A DNA stretch of 63,587 nucleotides, filler included, from Nemertoderma westbladi (GCA_032718475.1; 4 parts of 4 records of this genome joined end to end with filler, not necessarily neighbours in it), one strand, 5' to 3'; shown: positions 25,345 through 39,252, numbered from the whole stretch's first letter. Numbers and translations: made by a program. Notes: generated by a model not told the origin, from the letters alone.

Positions 25345-26268
25345 TTCGGTGTGGATTCATTCCGTAGGCCTAAATACCAGAAATTTAACGAATTTACGGT
25401 GCAGAATGGTTAGCAATGTATACCAGTAAAAAACACTGTCCTTGAACGTTTACCTTAACTTCCCTTCCGTCCATGTGTGTAGATAAAAAGTACAATCTTT
25501 ATAACCTATATGTTATAAATCGTTTAAAAAGGCAATTTTATAGAATAAATTTTTTTTGTAAATTACTATTATTACAATTAATTAAATTACTTAAAATTGC
25601 TTAAAAGACCCTTAAAAGACCCCAACATTTCTCGATTTTACTGTGAATTCAAGGTACAAAAAACCGATTACAAAAAACATTACAAATATTAAATAATAAC
25701 TTAATTATATTATTTATAGTCTTTACAATGTAGACAAAGAAATTAACTAACGCGAAACTAATTCGCAATTCTATCGGATTAACTTGTTAATGTTGATACC
25801 CCAAAAAAGTCTAGAAAAATATAATAGGAGGATCACCTTCAATTTCATTGACTTAATCAAAGCTAAGAGGTAACTATTACTATTAATATATTAGGGGTTT
25901 CCCCAAATTTGGGTCAGACAAACTTGATTAGGCCTATAGATAGACTGAATTAACTTTTTTTGCAATAACAAAAAAGGTTCTTTTTTTTGTCAAACTTGAT
26001 AACCAATTTGACAAAAAAATGATTTTCTACAAATAAAATAAATTTAGACACCGTTCGCGACACTGTTCATTAACAAGGTAATTTAGAATCCCAAAAAATG
26101 TGATTTGATTTAATTGTAAATTGATTTGGGATTTTATTCTAAATTGACAGAACTATATAAAAAGTGTAGCACATTGAACATGTAACTACTATATTTTGAA
26201 AGAAAAAAAAAATGAAATAAGTTAGAAGTTTATAAAGTGGGTACGTAAGTAAACAAATAATAATATTT
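25345..26268 (+). repeat. Segment duplicated at 29067-31773; holds the empty site of the piggyBac-like insertion
   Basis: Near-identical sequence from cttcggtgtggattcattccg to aataataatattt. Confidence 0.9.
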
Positions 26269-26464
26269 AGCAATCCAATAACGCCAACAATCTGGGCAAC
26301 TAGCACCGTTCTAAAAAAATTACTGCTATAAAATACTCATCGAACTTTAATGAACCCCATATTGTATTACGGATACTTCCTATCATATTATGTATGGCTT
26401 TGTTAATAGTAGAAGATTCCAATGAAGAAGAAGATTCTGTTGTTATGTTCCCATTTTTCGCCAT

Positions 26465-27271
26465 AACACCGGCTTTTGGGAAGAACTCCAGTAAAACTGC
26501 TTAAATTATCGAAAGTATAACTGTTACCTATTCAATCACTCACCTACTTAACTAATCAATCTTAAATCACTATTAATCATATTGTTTGTACTGTTATTTA
26601 CCGTCAGTTATTAATTGTATCTATTTGTTGATGGAAATATTGCTCTTTGGATAATACGGATAAATCACCCAAATTTCCCAATTTTCTTGATACACTACAG
26701 GTTAGAGAGACAGGCTATACATAACAATTGCGATTTATATTAATGTGGTGTGTATTGAATCTAATGTTATTTAGCAGACCCTACATGAGTCAATTGCTGC
26801 TCTCTTTATGTGTGATCAAATATACTGACGGTCGGCAGAATAGTGTGCATGATTGTGATTGGTAACAAAGTATTTCCTAAAGAATACGCCTTATACTTTA
26901 ATCATAAGCGGTATCGTTGCGTTTAGTATAAGTCCTAGTTCTGTTTAAATAGATAGAGCGCCACGTCCTAAAGGAACTGTTAATATTTCCCGAAAGCCAA
27001 TAATATCTGTCAGAGATTAATTATTAACGATCTATCGAATAATACAGTAAGTTTACACTGCAACCTTACACTGCAATAATAAAATTTAAGCAGCCGAATT
27101 CAGCCTCCCGGGTGTAGATCCATCGGGTGAATGATCGCGCATGGGCTGACTTCGGGTAATGTTTTGTTTATTAGCATAAAATATTGTCGTATGCTAAAGG
27201 TGTTTTAATTAACTAAAAGACATATAAATTTTGGCAGGTTAAACTGCTAAAGGTCTTCAAAAGCGCGAACA
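26465..27271 (+). mobile_element. 5'-truncated LTR copy (subfamily A)
   Basis: Reverse complement of ~1987-2790; ends AAAAGCGCGAACA directly against RTE sequence. Confidence 0.88.
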
Positions 27272-28635
27272 CACTCTATGGTTCTTTTCGGGGAATCTCA
27301 TTGATCTCAATTGTTGCAAAGCTATACAATAGGATTCTATTAAATCGCATCAGGGATCCCATTGAGAGACTGCTCCGTGGAAATCAGAATGGGTTCCGTA
27401 AAGGTCGTGGGACCATGGAGCCCATTTTGGCACTTAGAAGGATAATTGAAGAGTTATCAAAAAAGAAAGACAGGCATCTGGCTGTTATCTTTGTTGACTT
27501 CTTCAAGGCCTTTGATTCAGTCTCTCGCTCACGTATGTTCAGCATACTTTCATTATATGGGATTCCTGATGAAATTATTGCAGCAATCAGATCAGTATAC
27601 GATGGTTCGACAACATTTGTGTCTACTGATGACGGTGACACAGAACCACTTGAAGTGTTATGGGGCGTCCTCCAAGGAGACACACTTGCACCATTCTTGT
27701 TCATAATTGTGGTTGACTATGTTCGACGCATGTCCTTAGATCATCATAATGATGATGGGGTGATGATAACTCCACCTACTGGCTCCAGAAGTCGAGGAAA
27801 TCCTGCCAAGTATCTAACTGATCTAGACTTTGCTGATGACATAGGAGTACTCTCAGAATCACTAGAGGGAGCCCAACGGCTCCTCAGCTCATTAGAACAT
27901 GCTGTTTCTAGTGTTGGTCTTTTTATTAACTCCAGAAAGAACAAAATTTTGACAGTTAACTTTGAAAGACCTCAGCAAGTCTCTGATCGGAAGAGCATAA
28001 GCTCAAAGGATGGTATGCTTGAGCATGTGGACGACTTCTGTTACCTGGGATCATGGATCCGGAAGTCAGGTAAGGACCTTCGAATACGTAAGGGAAAGGC
28101 ATGGGCAGCCTTGAATAGGCTTTCCAGGATTTGGAAGTCACCGAGAATTAATCGGAAATTATTTAGAGCAGCAGTAGTTCCAGTACTCCTCTATGGGAGT
28201 CCATGCTGGGCTCTAACTGCTGAGGACACCAAATCTCTGGATGGCACATTCACAAGAATGCTACGCCGGGTTCATTGTGTCAAGTACAATGCACACATCT
28301 CCAACCAGACACTATATAACATTGGAGGTATCTCATTGGTTCCCCCAAGCTTGACACTAGAACAAAATCGCCTCCGCTTTGCAGGACATTGCTTTCGCCG
28401 TGAGGACTAGCCAGTGCATAATCATGTACTTTGGCAGCCTCATGGAGTGAATAAGCATGGTGGACAGCCCATGACTTTCTTGAGACGCATCTTAAAGGAC
28501 ACTGGCCTTGAAGATGCGGATGATATAGAAAATGTCATGGGTGATAGGGAGTTGTGGTGGCGCAATTTTGTCGACAAGCCGGCACAGCATTCTTAAAAAT
28601 GCAGCTGCAATGCAGCATGCCGATCCTAGTAAGTT
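27272..28635 (+). mobile_element. RTE-clade LINE, 5'-truncated; RT ORF 27301-28410 and its continuation to 28596
   Basis: QNGFRKGR, FVDFFKAFDSV, GVLQGDTLAPFLF, LDFADD, FCYLGS, LLYGS..W, RLRFAGHCFR. Confidence 0.93.
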
Positions 28636-28812
28636 TGTTTCTATTTCATCAATGATTGACCGACTTATTAGCGTTCAAAAATGCGGCCAAGTACGATAGG
28701 GTTGAGCACAGTGGCAGCATATGATGGTATTGACAGAATATGGGAGGCCATGAGGAGGTAAATTGCGGACATACAAGGTATCAGATAGTATTTCCTGGTC
28801 TATCTTTTACCT

Positions 28813-28900
28813 GAGCCGCTAGCTGAATGGTTAGAGCGTCAGACTTCCAACCCGGAGGTCACCAGTTCGATCCCACATGGACGTCATTGCCGACTTTGCA
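28813..28900 (+). mobile_element. tRNA-derived SINE-like head
   Basis: A box TAGCTGAATGG and B-box-like AGTTCGATCCC with tRNA spacing; no acceptor stem. Confidence 0.6.
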
Positions 28901-29342
28901 AAATCTGTGCCCAACAAAAGTTATAAAAAAATGAAACCACTCATTCACCCATAACACCAATAATAAATTACAATTGTGCTCTTTTAAACTCTGTTGGTGA
29001 TTTATTGTTTAAAACATGTGTTAGTTCACTGACCGGCCGTATAAAATCAGCTTACGAGAAATCCCGCTTCGGTGTGGATTCATTCCGTAGGCCTAAATAC
29101 CAGAAATTTAACGAATTTACGGTGCAGAGTGGTTAGCAATGTATAGCAGTAAAAAACACTGTCCTTGAACGTTTACCTTAACTTCCCTAACGTCCATGTT
29201 TGTAGATAAAAAGTACAATCTTTATAACCCATATGTTATAAATCGTTTAAAAAGGCAATTTTATAGAATAATTTTTTTTTGTAAATTACTATTAACTATT
29301 ACAATTAATTAAATTACTTAAAATTGCTTAAAAGACCCTTAA

Positions 29343-30918
29343 CCCTATTAGTACCGGGCTATAAAATGTTGTACAAATGCCGGGGGGGGGGGGGTCATAT
29401 TGACCCTTCCCCCCCCCCCCCCCCCCCCATCTAAAATCTACAAATTTTTACGAAAACGTCTGATTTTTTGTTTGTACGTAGGTATCACTAGTCTGGATCC
29501 GACCGAAAAAAAAAATTTTCGAAAAAATGTACTGGGGTGGTTATATTGCAGCACCAAAATTACAAGTAGTGCACAATTTTCACAAAATTTGAAAGTTACA
29601 TTTTTCGGCTAATTGTTTTTCAATACAGGTTTTCTGGGGCGCAAAATACATTGGAAAATATTTAAAAATGATATGATTACTATAAATGGCTGTTTAGTCC
29701 TCTCTGAGTAGGAAAAAAATGAAAAAAACAAGTAACCAGCACTCTTTCAGTTAGAACACAAAATTTTTAATTCACTTATACGATGCTATAAATTCACATT
29801 TTCAGGTTTTCTAGGGCGCTGATTCTAATGGAATACATTTCTAATATGCCAGATCATTGCTACGTGTATTTTTCGGCGTAATTTGGCAAATTTTGGTGCT
29901 AGCACCAAATTTCGTACCCATCACCAAAAAGTACAAGTTTGCGATGTCCAGTGCTGTTTTTATTGATTCCATCGGATTCAGGACCCTCATAAACCCGTAT
30001 AACGCAAGAAACAAGATGATTCTATCTACTGATCAATTTGCTTATTTTCCAAAATTTGGTGCTGGCACAACAATTTTCACCCACCGGCGAAAAATACAAG
30101 TTTGAAAACTCTTATGAAATTTTTACTGGTTCCATTGAATTCAGAACCCTCACAAACCCGTATAACGCAAGAAACAAGGTGACACAATCAATTGATATAT
30201 TTGATGATTTTCAAAATTTGGTGCTAGCACCACATTTTGCACCCACTTCCGAAAAATACAAGTTTGAGATGTCTAGTTCGATAATTATATATTCCATTGA
30301 ATTCAGAACAGCCATAAACCTCTAAAACGCAAGAAATAAATTGTCACAAGCAATTTTATCTATTAAATGGATTTTCAAAATTTCGTGCTAGCACCAAAAT
30401 TTGCACACAGCACCGAAAAATACAAGTTTGATACGCTTGGTGCAACTCGTATATATTCCATCGAAACCAGAACCCCAAAAAACCCCAATTGCGTAAAAAA
30501 CAAGTTTCAAACAATCAATTTACAAAATTGACATATTTCAAAATTTGGTGCTGGCACCAAAATTTGGCACCCACCAGAAAAAAACAAGTTTGAAATTTCT
30601 AAATCGATTTATATGAATTCTATCCAATTGCTAACACCAAAAAACCGGTGTAAATCAAAAATAGAGATGTTACAATTCATATTTAATGAAATGTAATTTT
30701 CAAAAAACGTCTCAAAAAAAGTGCCAAAAGTAGGGTTAAAAAATGGTGCTATAACTCGAAAACTACTCCAATATTTTTGAAAACGGTTTTCACTATTAGG
30801 AAGACAATAGATTTTTAGGAAAAGTCATAAAATTTCAGATTCCCAACTGCGTTTGTTTCAGAATTATAATAAAAAAACCACGGGGGGTCATATTGACCCC
30901 CTCCCGGGTTTAATAGGG
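29343..30918. mobile_element. Non-autonomous piggyBac-like element with internal ~163-bp tandem repeats
   Basis: TTAA|CCCTATTAG...TAATAGGG|TTAA; empty TTAA site in the paralog at ~25612; five units marked by tggtgct(a/g)gcac at ~29891, 30054, 30216, 30381, 30544. Confidence 0.92.
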
Positions 30919-31773
30919 TTAAAAGACCCCAACATTTCTCGATTTTATTGTGAATTCAAGGTATAGCTGTTAAAGTAAAGAGGTTTTATCGAAACTATCC
31001 AATGATCGAATTTCTAGCGGCTTGGTCTTATAACGCAAAAACACATAATAAACTAATTGCAAAACATATTTTACGAGGTTTATTTGATTTTATTACAAAT
31101 TAATTGTAACAGATCGGCCTGGGGGGGGGGGGGGGGGGGGGCAGTTCGCTCTGCCATGCCAGCAATACCGATTACAAAAAAACATTACAAATATTAAATA
31201 ATAACTTAATTATATTATTTATAGTCTTTACAATGTAGACAAAGAAATTAACTAACGCGAAACTAATTCGCAATTCTATCGGATTAACTTGTTAATGTTG
31301 ATACCCCAAAAAAGTCTAGAAAAATATAATAGGAGGATCACCTTCAATTTCATTGACTTAATCAAAGCTAAGAGGTAACTATTACTATTAATATATTAGG
31401 GGTTTCCCCAAATTTGGGTCAGACAAACTTGATTAGGCCTATAGATAGACTGAATTAACTTTTTTTGCAATAACAAAAAAGGTTCTTTTTTTTGTCAAAC
31501 TTGATAACCAATTTGACAAAAAAATGATTTTCTACAAATAAAATAAATTTAGACACCGTTCGCGACACTGTTCATTAACAAGGTAATTTAGAATCCCAAA
31601 AAATGTGATTTGATTTAATTGCAAATTAATTTGGGTTTTTATTCTAAATTGACAGAACTATATAAAAAGTGTAGCACATTGAACATGTAACTACTATATT
31701 TTGAAAGAAAAAAAAAATGAAATAAGTTAGAAGTTTATAAAGTGGGTACGTAAGTAAACAAATAATAATATTT

Positions 31774-31873
31774 NNNNNNNNNNNNNNNNNNNNNNNNNNN
31801 NNNNNNNNNNNNNNNNNTTAATTAATTAANNNNNNNNNNNNNNNNNNNNNNNNNNNNNNNNNNNNNNNNNNNN
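31774..31873. other. Assembly gap with artificial linker
   Basis: N-run, TTAATTAATTAA, N-run. Confidence 0.97.
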
Positions 31874-31986
31874 CATAAACCAATTGAGGGAAAGGAACAG
31901 GTTACAGAGGCAGGCTTTTCTAACTAAAACAATAAACGGCCACTTTTGACTTTACCAATTGAAGGAGCCCTATAACCTCACCACAT

Positions 31987-32411
31987 ACTACTACTACAAT
32001 CGGCATGATTCATTGCAGCTGCATTATATATATAGCAGTATAGGCCCTATTATGTATTAAGAATGCTGTGCCGGCTTGTTGACAAAAGTGCGCCTCCACA
32101 ACTCCCTCACACTCTTACAGCCTTATCAGCCATGACATTTGCTAGATCATCCGCATCTTCAAGGCCAGTGTCCTTTAAGACAGTAAGAAAGATGCGTCTC
32201 AAGAAAGTCATGGGCTGTCCACCATGCTTATTCACTCCGTGAGGTGCACTGGCTGGTCCTCACGGCTTAAAGCGATGTCCTGCAAAGCGGAGGCGGCTTT
32301 GTTCTAGTGTCAAGCTTGGGGGAACCAATGACTGAATGAGACAACTCCAATGTTATATAGTGTCTGGTTGGAGATGCAGAGATGTGTGCATTGTACTTGA
32401 CACAGTGAACC
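31987..32411 (-). mobile_element. RTE-clade LINE 3' fragment
   Basis: Reverse complement of ~28270-28625 with a (GTA)n tail. Confidence 0.85.
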
Positions 32412-32821
32412 TAATCAAAACAATTAGTCAATAAACATTAACTCAATAACATAATAGGTTACAGTTTACAGTAGTCTTATTTTTGCCATACGAAAATACC
32501 ACAGGTATGGCAGTATGGGTATGAATGAACTATACAGCTATAACTCAACTACGCTACCGCGGTATACACCGCTAAGGCAGTAAGGCTACCGCAAAGCTAT
32601 ACCACTACCGCTGACCGCAAAAAGTAACTACTAATGTCTGACTGTACGTGTGCGATCCCTGTTTATATAATACATATAATAATTAATTATAATTTGATCA
32701 TTAAAATAATGTTGCATTGTAATTATGATATATATATGTACTGCAGTACTGATACGGGATGCAGTTTTGATTTAAATACCGATATACAGTATGGCAGCAT
32801 GGGTACACTTGGAGTTGTACT

Positions 32822-32900
32822 AAAGTCCAATATTGGACTTTGGAGTCCAAAATTGGACTTGAAGTCTAAAATTGGACTTGAAGTCCAATTTTTGACTTCT
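32822..32900. repeat. Short array of ~19-bp palindromic units
   Basis: aagtccaa(t/a)attggactt repeated about four times. Confidence 0.75.
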
Positions 32901-33483
32901 CACCGACTGACCCTATTGAAAAGTTTTATTTTCTGCGCCGAACGCGGCGCCGGGTGCCAAAAATCCTGCGCCGGCTCTGAGCAAAACAACGCCGGGTGCA
33001 AAAAATCCTGCGCCGGCTCTGTGCAAAACCACGCTGGGTGCAAAAAATCCTGCGCCGGCTCTGTGTAAACCCACGCCCATGCCAGGTGCAAAAATCCTGC
33101 GCCGGCTCTGTGCAATGCAAAATGCTGCGCCTGGTGAAAAATCTTCCACCGGCTCTTCAAAGCTGCACCGGGCTGACTGGTATAAAACATAAAATCTGCC
33201 TGTTATACTGTACAGTCTGTAGTTCATTCGGTTATCTATAATACTGCAGCTGCACTAATCCGAGTTGTTACTTAAACGAACGAAAGTTGTGGGTGGGTGA
33301 AAGGAAAATAAGGATACAGAGACGGCAAACCTTAATAAAGACAAATGCAACAAGTACAGTAGGTACGTTGTCCTACTGTGTAAAGTGTAACATTACGAAA
33401 CAACTATACTTAAGAAACACTACATGTAAATTTTTGTTGTCAAATAAAGTGTACATTATTTTAAATTACTCAAATGTTACAAT

Positions 33484-34285
33484 TAGGGCTCGATCGGAGT
33501 TGGGATTTGGCCGGAGCCGGAGCAGGAGCCGGAGTTGGACAATTTGGCCGGAGCCGGAGCAGGAGCCGGAGTTTTTCAAAAATTGTAAAAATTTAATTAT
33601 TTATTTAAAAAAAATAAAGTATGGTTATCGTTCGCCAATCGCTCATAATCAATCATACTGTAGGTCTAATTAATTTCATAATTTATAGATTTACGAATTT
33701 TCAATTTAAAATTTAAGTACAGGTAATTAATTAAGTTATCACGGACAGACGGCCTGACACTGACGGCTAAATATTACCTACAGTACCTAACAGCCTAACT
33801 CACTAACTGCTGAACTGTGGTAGAGGTGTGTACTGTAGGTAGCCTACCTACCGTACTTGTACCAGTACTGCAGTACAGTATGCTGGCATGGCATGACAGC
33901 AGTAAATGGCTGCAGTGGTACAGCTACAGTGTACATTCATAGCATTTACAATTTTTTACAGTAGGGCCTATCTGTCTGTCTGTAACAGTCGGCTAGTCAG
34001 CCAGCCTGCCAGCTGGCCAGTACCAGTACTGCAGTACAGTCAGTCATTGACTTTAAGTAATACTGCAGTACTGCAGTACCGGTATTATGCTTGATATTGA
34101 AGCTGTACTACAGTACTTACTTCAGTACTTAGTGTAAATAATTGTTCAGATTAGAATATGCACGAAATATAATACTTTATTAAAAAATTAACTCCGGCAA
34201 TATTTTTACCGGAGCCGGAGCAGGAGCCGGAGGTGCCAAAATGGCCGGAGCCGGAGCCGGAGGCCGGAGCTCCGATCGAGCCCTA
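33484..34285. mobile_element. hAT-type MITE
   Basis: TIR TAGGGCTCGATCGGAG, 8-bp TSD GTTACAAT, (CCGGAG)n subterminal repeats. Confidence 0.92.
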
Positions 34286-34353
34286 GTTACAATATGAATT
34301 ATAGAAAGAATATTAAAGACTACTTCAGTTGGCCTAGTCTTTGTGGGGCGAGC

Positions 34354-34809
34354 CACGAAGTTGGCGGAGCCTTAGCGAATTGACACTGTTAGGGGGTGGG
34401 TCAATTTATGCAAATAGTTGTCGTCGTCGTCGTTGTCGTCGTCGTTGTCGTCGTTACGATTTTGACATGCTAATAACTTTGTCGGATTTAAAGCTGCCAA
34501 GTTGAAAATTTGTAGGTATCAATATGAGCAAAAGTTGAGATTTTTGAGAGACTTTCAGACACCATCAGTGCAATGGTCTCCCGCTAGAGGGCCACATGTC
34601 TAAACATTAAATGCCCTCCCATTTCTTTGCTTTTAATCCGTTTAAGCTGAAACTTGGCAGATATGTATTAGACCATTAGCTGTGACTTTCAAAGGAGGCG
34701 AATCCATCTGCAGTTCTCCAGTCTGCCGCTAGAGGGCCAACGTGACTATTTGCATAAATTGACCCTTCCCCTAACAGTGTCAATTCGCTAAGGCTCTGCC
34801 AACTTCGTG
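34354..34809. mobile_element. Non-autonomous element with ~64-bp inverted arms and a (GTC)n tract (Crypton- or Helentron-like, unresolved)
   Basis: cacgaagttggc...tatgcaaatagt (34354-34417) mirrored at 34745-34809; two internal CCGCTAGAGGGCCA boxes. Confidence 0.75.
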
Positions 34810-35248
34810 CTGCGCGAAGTCCCCACTTCGTGTATTTATGTACTACGTTCTACTTTATTACATACTACGCAATGTGGTCCTATACGTCTATGTTACATAT
34901 ACGGTATGTCTGAACTCTGAATGGATAATGACTAGCTGTATGTTATGTTATGTTATTAATATCGCCAGAATAACAATAAAATATTAATTTTTGTACGTGT
35001 ACGTACACGTACAGTAGATTAAAATAAAATGAACACATATCTGCAAAGTACGCTAATAAGCGTATGTACTATTGTAATAAAAATACGGATAATGGTACGG
35101 ATACGGAAATTTGGGGTAACCCCAAAATTGATGATCTCCCTGACTGACAGTACTAAAGGCAAACATATTAATAAGGACAAGTTTACAATACTCTATAGGA
35201 TACAACACAACAATACGTAGTTATTCAGAACATAAATTTGGTACCGTA

Positions 35249-36899
35249 CTGCCGTCTTAAGGCAGAAAGCCCTATCTCAAAATTTTTGAAATTTTTTTTA
35301 TTGTACAGACCGGCCTAATTTAAGGCGCTCTTTCAAATTAAACCAAGAAATGCCATGGTTTATATGCAAGAAAGTCCTCAGCCCTGTCATTTAAAGGCAA
35401 AACACCCTACATCTAAAATCTGGTACATAGGGTATTTTGCCTTAGTAACACTTGTATTCAGTTTACCTTACATCGTAAAGGTAGGGTGTTTTTCCTTAGA
35501 AAAACTTATAATAGTGTTATTTCCTATTACGTATGCGTAGATATTGGCGGGAATTTCAGTTTGTTCGCATTTACATGTGGGCAAAATACCCTAGGAAAGA
35601 TTTTCTACTTATTACTGACTATAGAATCTCAATTCAGTCGAATAGGAATATACAAAGCCAATGGAACTGGAAGACACGTTTTACAGCTTCAACTTGGATG
35701 AGAATATCGGAGGGGGTGTTTTAGCTCAGGTGGTGTGGACTGTGGGGAGGATATGTGGCTGTGCGGAGGATATGTGGCTGTGTGGAAGAAATGTGGCTGT
35801 GTGTGGAGGATATGTGGCTGTGTGGGGAGGATTTGTCGCTGTGTGGGGGGATATGTGGCTGTGTCGAAGATATGTGGCTGTGGGGAGGACATGTGACTGT
35901 GGTGAAGATATGTGGCTGGGTGGGGAGGATATGTGGCTGTGTGTGGAGGATATGTGGCTGTGGAGAGGATATGTGACTGTGTGGGGAGGATATGTGGCTG
36001 TGTGGGGAAGATATGTGGCTGTGTGGGGAGGATATGTGACTGTGGGGAAGATATGTGGCTGTGTGGGGAGGATATGTGACTGTGGGGAAGATATGTGGCT
36101 GTGTGAAGTCAACTTATTGAAGCGCAATGCCACTATGGGCATCCCACGTCCACTGGCACAACCCAAATGATGAATTGAATTGATCATGAATTGATTCAAC
36201 GACTTTGGCAAATAATTCCAAGAAATTTAATTAGTTTTTGGAATTCGTTAGTTAAAGTGTCATGGTGAACTGAACATGTAAATAATGAAGGACTGCACTA
36301 GAAGGCAAAGTAGACTGAGTTTGATTTTGGCGGACTAGGTTTTGGAAAACTGGTCACATGGTTATACAGTAGCTAGCTAGAATATTTCTAAAAATTTACG
36401 GGCAAATATGTAACTATAATCGATTTCCCAGAGTTTAGTTTGAGTACTTTATATTCATGGAATGGTAACCATGATGACGTTACCTGGCAACCAATTATAC
36501 AGAAATTATCAGCTGTTTATCTCATGTTTTTGAATTATAATTTGCATTATTTACCAAAACCCAACCCTTAACTACAAAATTCCAAGTATAATTTCCACCC
36601 TGCATTATTATTATTTGAAGATATTAAACTATTTGACTCGAACTCTGGATAGACAAAACACCCTATATCAGCTTTCAGTTTCATTTGTCGCCAATATTTT
36701 CGAGGCAAAACACCCTATAAAATCTTTTCAGCATTTTTTAAGCTCCCAAATTACAACTAAGTTAGTATATTTGGGTGACTTGCAGTTCAAATTCTGGTAT
36801 CCAGGCAGCTGTATAACATACTTGTAGAAGAAAACGCGTTTCGTTAAATTACTCAAAACACGATTTTTGGAGATAGGGTATTCTGCCTTAAGACGGCAG
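35249..36899. mobile_element. TIR element with 4-bp TSD (Sola1-like)
   Basis: cgta|CTGCCGTCTTAAGGCAGAA...TTCTGCCTTAAGACGGCAG|cgta. Confidence 0.85.
35735..36105. repeat. ~18-20-bp minisatellite (ggaggatatgtggctgtgtg)n
   Basis: Directly visible tandem units inside the Sola-like element. Confidence 0.92.
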
Positions 36900-37199
36900 C
36901 GTAGGTATGTCGCATAAGTAAAATATTACTGCTGAAATAAAACGCGCAAAGTAAAGTAACTACAAAAGATAGGAAAACAATTAAACATAAAAAAACACTA
37001 TTTTAAAATTTAACACAAAAAAAGTTTTTTTGGGATTGAAAATATGAAAATAATAGGTACTGTACTGTAGCTAGAATTTAATAAAGATATCGTTGTATCC
37101 GAAAGATATCGCTTTCGCTACTGCCACTTGGCGCACAGGAGTATCACTATATTCATTTTAAGGGACATTTCGCAGTCTAGTCTATATTTGAAGATGCTC

Positions 37200-37890
37200 A
37201 ATCATGGAGTACCAAGGGTATTACGTGCATTACATTAACAACACTTTCCGGTAATGGTAAAGGATTCCAAATGTTTACAACGCTGTCTGCAAAGTTGTTG
37301 CGTGTTAGCATTGGTGGAGTTAGGAACGAAACTAGAAGAAATTACTTCGCTCAATTTTGTCAATCCCGTTGATAAACTTGTATGTTGTTATAAGGTCGGC
37401 TAGTACACGGCGATATATTAATGTCGGTAGTTTGAGTGCAAGTAGTCGGTTTTCATATGACAACTCAGCAGCCAGCGATAGTACAACTGTACAAGGCGAG
37501 TGACCACACGGTGTTGTACTTGTTCAAGACGTTCAATATTTATCATGTCGGAGGAATGGCGAACAAACAACTGTGTCGTATTCAAGGAGAGGTCGAACAA
37601 GGGATTTGTATAACAGGGTCAGAGGGTAAACATCGGAGCTTCCAAATATGTAAAAGTTCTTCGTATTAAATGTACGACTCGCATGGCGCGGGCTGCAGTC
37701 TTTGTGCAGTGAGCTGTGATGCTGTGAAGGACAAGTCTGGTGTAAATGTAATTCCAAAATCACGTTCCTCGGTTGCCGATAAAAGTGTCCGTCCATTCAT
37801 TGTGTAAAAAGTTGCTTGGGGATTTCTAGAACATAGATGCATGCATGACCTTGCACTTGGAGTCATTGAACTGTAATTTCCAATGGTTAC
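37200..37890 (-). mobile_element. CR1/L2-group LINE 3' fragment
   Basis: ERDFGI, LYKSLVRPLLEY..VCSP, LEQVQHR, ADLITTYKFING and VVNIWNP in shifted frames. Confidence 0.82.
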
Positions 37891-38933
37891 ACATGTGTGT
37901 CGGTAATAAATTGTTTCATTATCAATAGTGCCATAGTATAAGTCGTTTTGTTTTATTCACTGTTCAACTTCATTCTGTCTGCCTGTTTTATTATATGTGC
38001 AGTTTTATTTATACGCTTCTATGACAGCGGTGTCTCCATCCAAATAATATAATATAATATAAATATAGCTTATACAATACAGCAATATTATGTAAATAAA
38101 TAAACTGACTATGACCAATAGCAATAATGACTGATCAGCTGATAGCTGGAACTGTGATAGCCTACCTGCCTACTGCATAACAGCATAAGGTTAAATACGT
38201 AAATAAATGACCAGTTGCAGTCAGCCAGTGCTGCAGTGTGAGTTTCCTTTCTGCCTCCTGCATGGCCAGTTGTTATTGTGTTGCTGTGCTGTTGGTCTGA
38301 TGAACGCATGTCTGCTGTCTCAGTCTCACTGTCTGCCTGGTGCTAGGTTCGGCTGATTTCTGCGCCAGGCAAATATGTACGCCGGGTGTGCTGGGCTGAT
38401 TCCTGCTCCGGCGCCGGGTCAATTTCTGCAGCGTCGACGCCGGGAATATTTCGACGCCTGCTGCGCCGAGCGCAGCATCTCTACCATTGCCAGTGCTCCG
38501 CCGGCTACGCCGGCGTAGCACATCTCTGCGCCGACCCTTCCGGCTCATTGCCCGGCGTAGCACATTTCTGCGCCAGCTCCCGGCGCAAGTTCTAGTGCTG
38601 CGCCGAACGTGCTCGGCGTACATGTAAAACTTTTCAATAGGGCCGACTGACTACGGTACGCACCTTCCAGCCTTCTAAGTTTTGACCTTAACAGCTTGAT
38701 TTGATACTTGCCTCTTTCTGTCTTTCTGATTTGTTATTTCATTCAATAATTCTGTCATTTGTCAGTTTGTTCCCTGATTGTTTCAGTCTGTCAGGTAGTC
38801 CTGTAGTCGGCCAGCAGGTCAGCCATTGCTGCATTGTCTGATAAACTGCAATCAGGCAATGAACTGCAATCATTCTTCATTCCACATTCAGTCATTGTTC
38901 TCCTCCATGACCATCCCCATCCAGACTGCAGCC

Positions 38934-39203
38934 TAGGGCTCGATCGGAGCTCCGGCCTCCGGCTCCGGCTCCGGCCATTTTGGTACCCCTACCTCCGGCT
39001 CCTGCTCCGGCTCCGGTAAAAATATTGCCGGAGTTAATTTTTTAATAAAGTATTATATTTCGTGCATATTCTAATCTGAACAATTATTTACACTATAAGT
39101 ACTGTGTAGTACAGCTTCAATCAGTCAATATCAAGCATAATACTGCCGTATTTACTTAAAGTCAATGACTGACTGACTGTTGACTGTACTGCAGTACTGG
39201 TAT
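38934..39203. mobile_element. Partial inverted copy of the hAT MITE at 33484-34285
   Basis: Begins TAGGGCTCGATCGGAGCTCCGG; reverse complement of ~34020-34285. Confidence 0.85.
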
Positions 39204-39252
39204 ATAATATTTATTAAAAAATTATCAAACACTAATTAGTATAAACAATTTC

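Larger units (their letters stand above)
32911..38642. mobile_element. 5.7-kb TIR element with 8-bp TSD, no transposase seen, hosting nested insertions
   Basis: ccgactga|CCCTATTGAAAAGTTTTA ... TAAAACTTTTCAATAGGG|ccgactga; GC-rich ctgcgccgg subterminal repeats at both ends. Confidence 0.9.

Noticed and set aside
35661-36211. ORFs of 160-170 aa on both strands
   Set aside because: They derive from the ~20-bp minisatellite.
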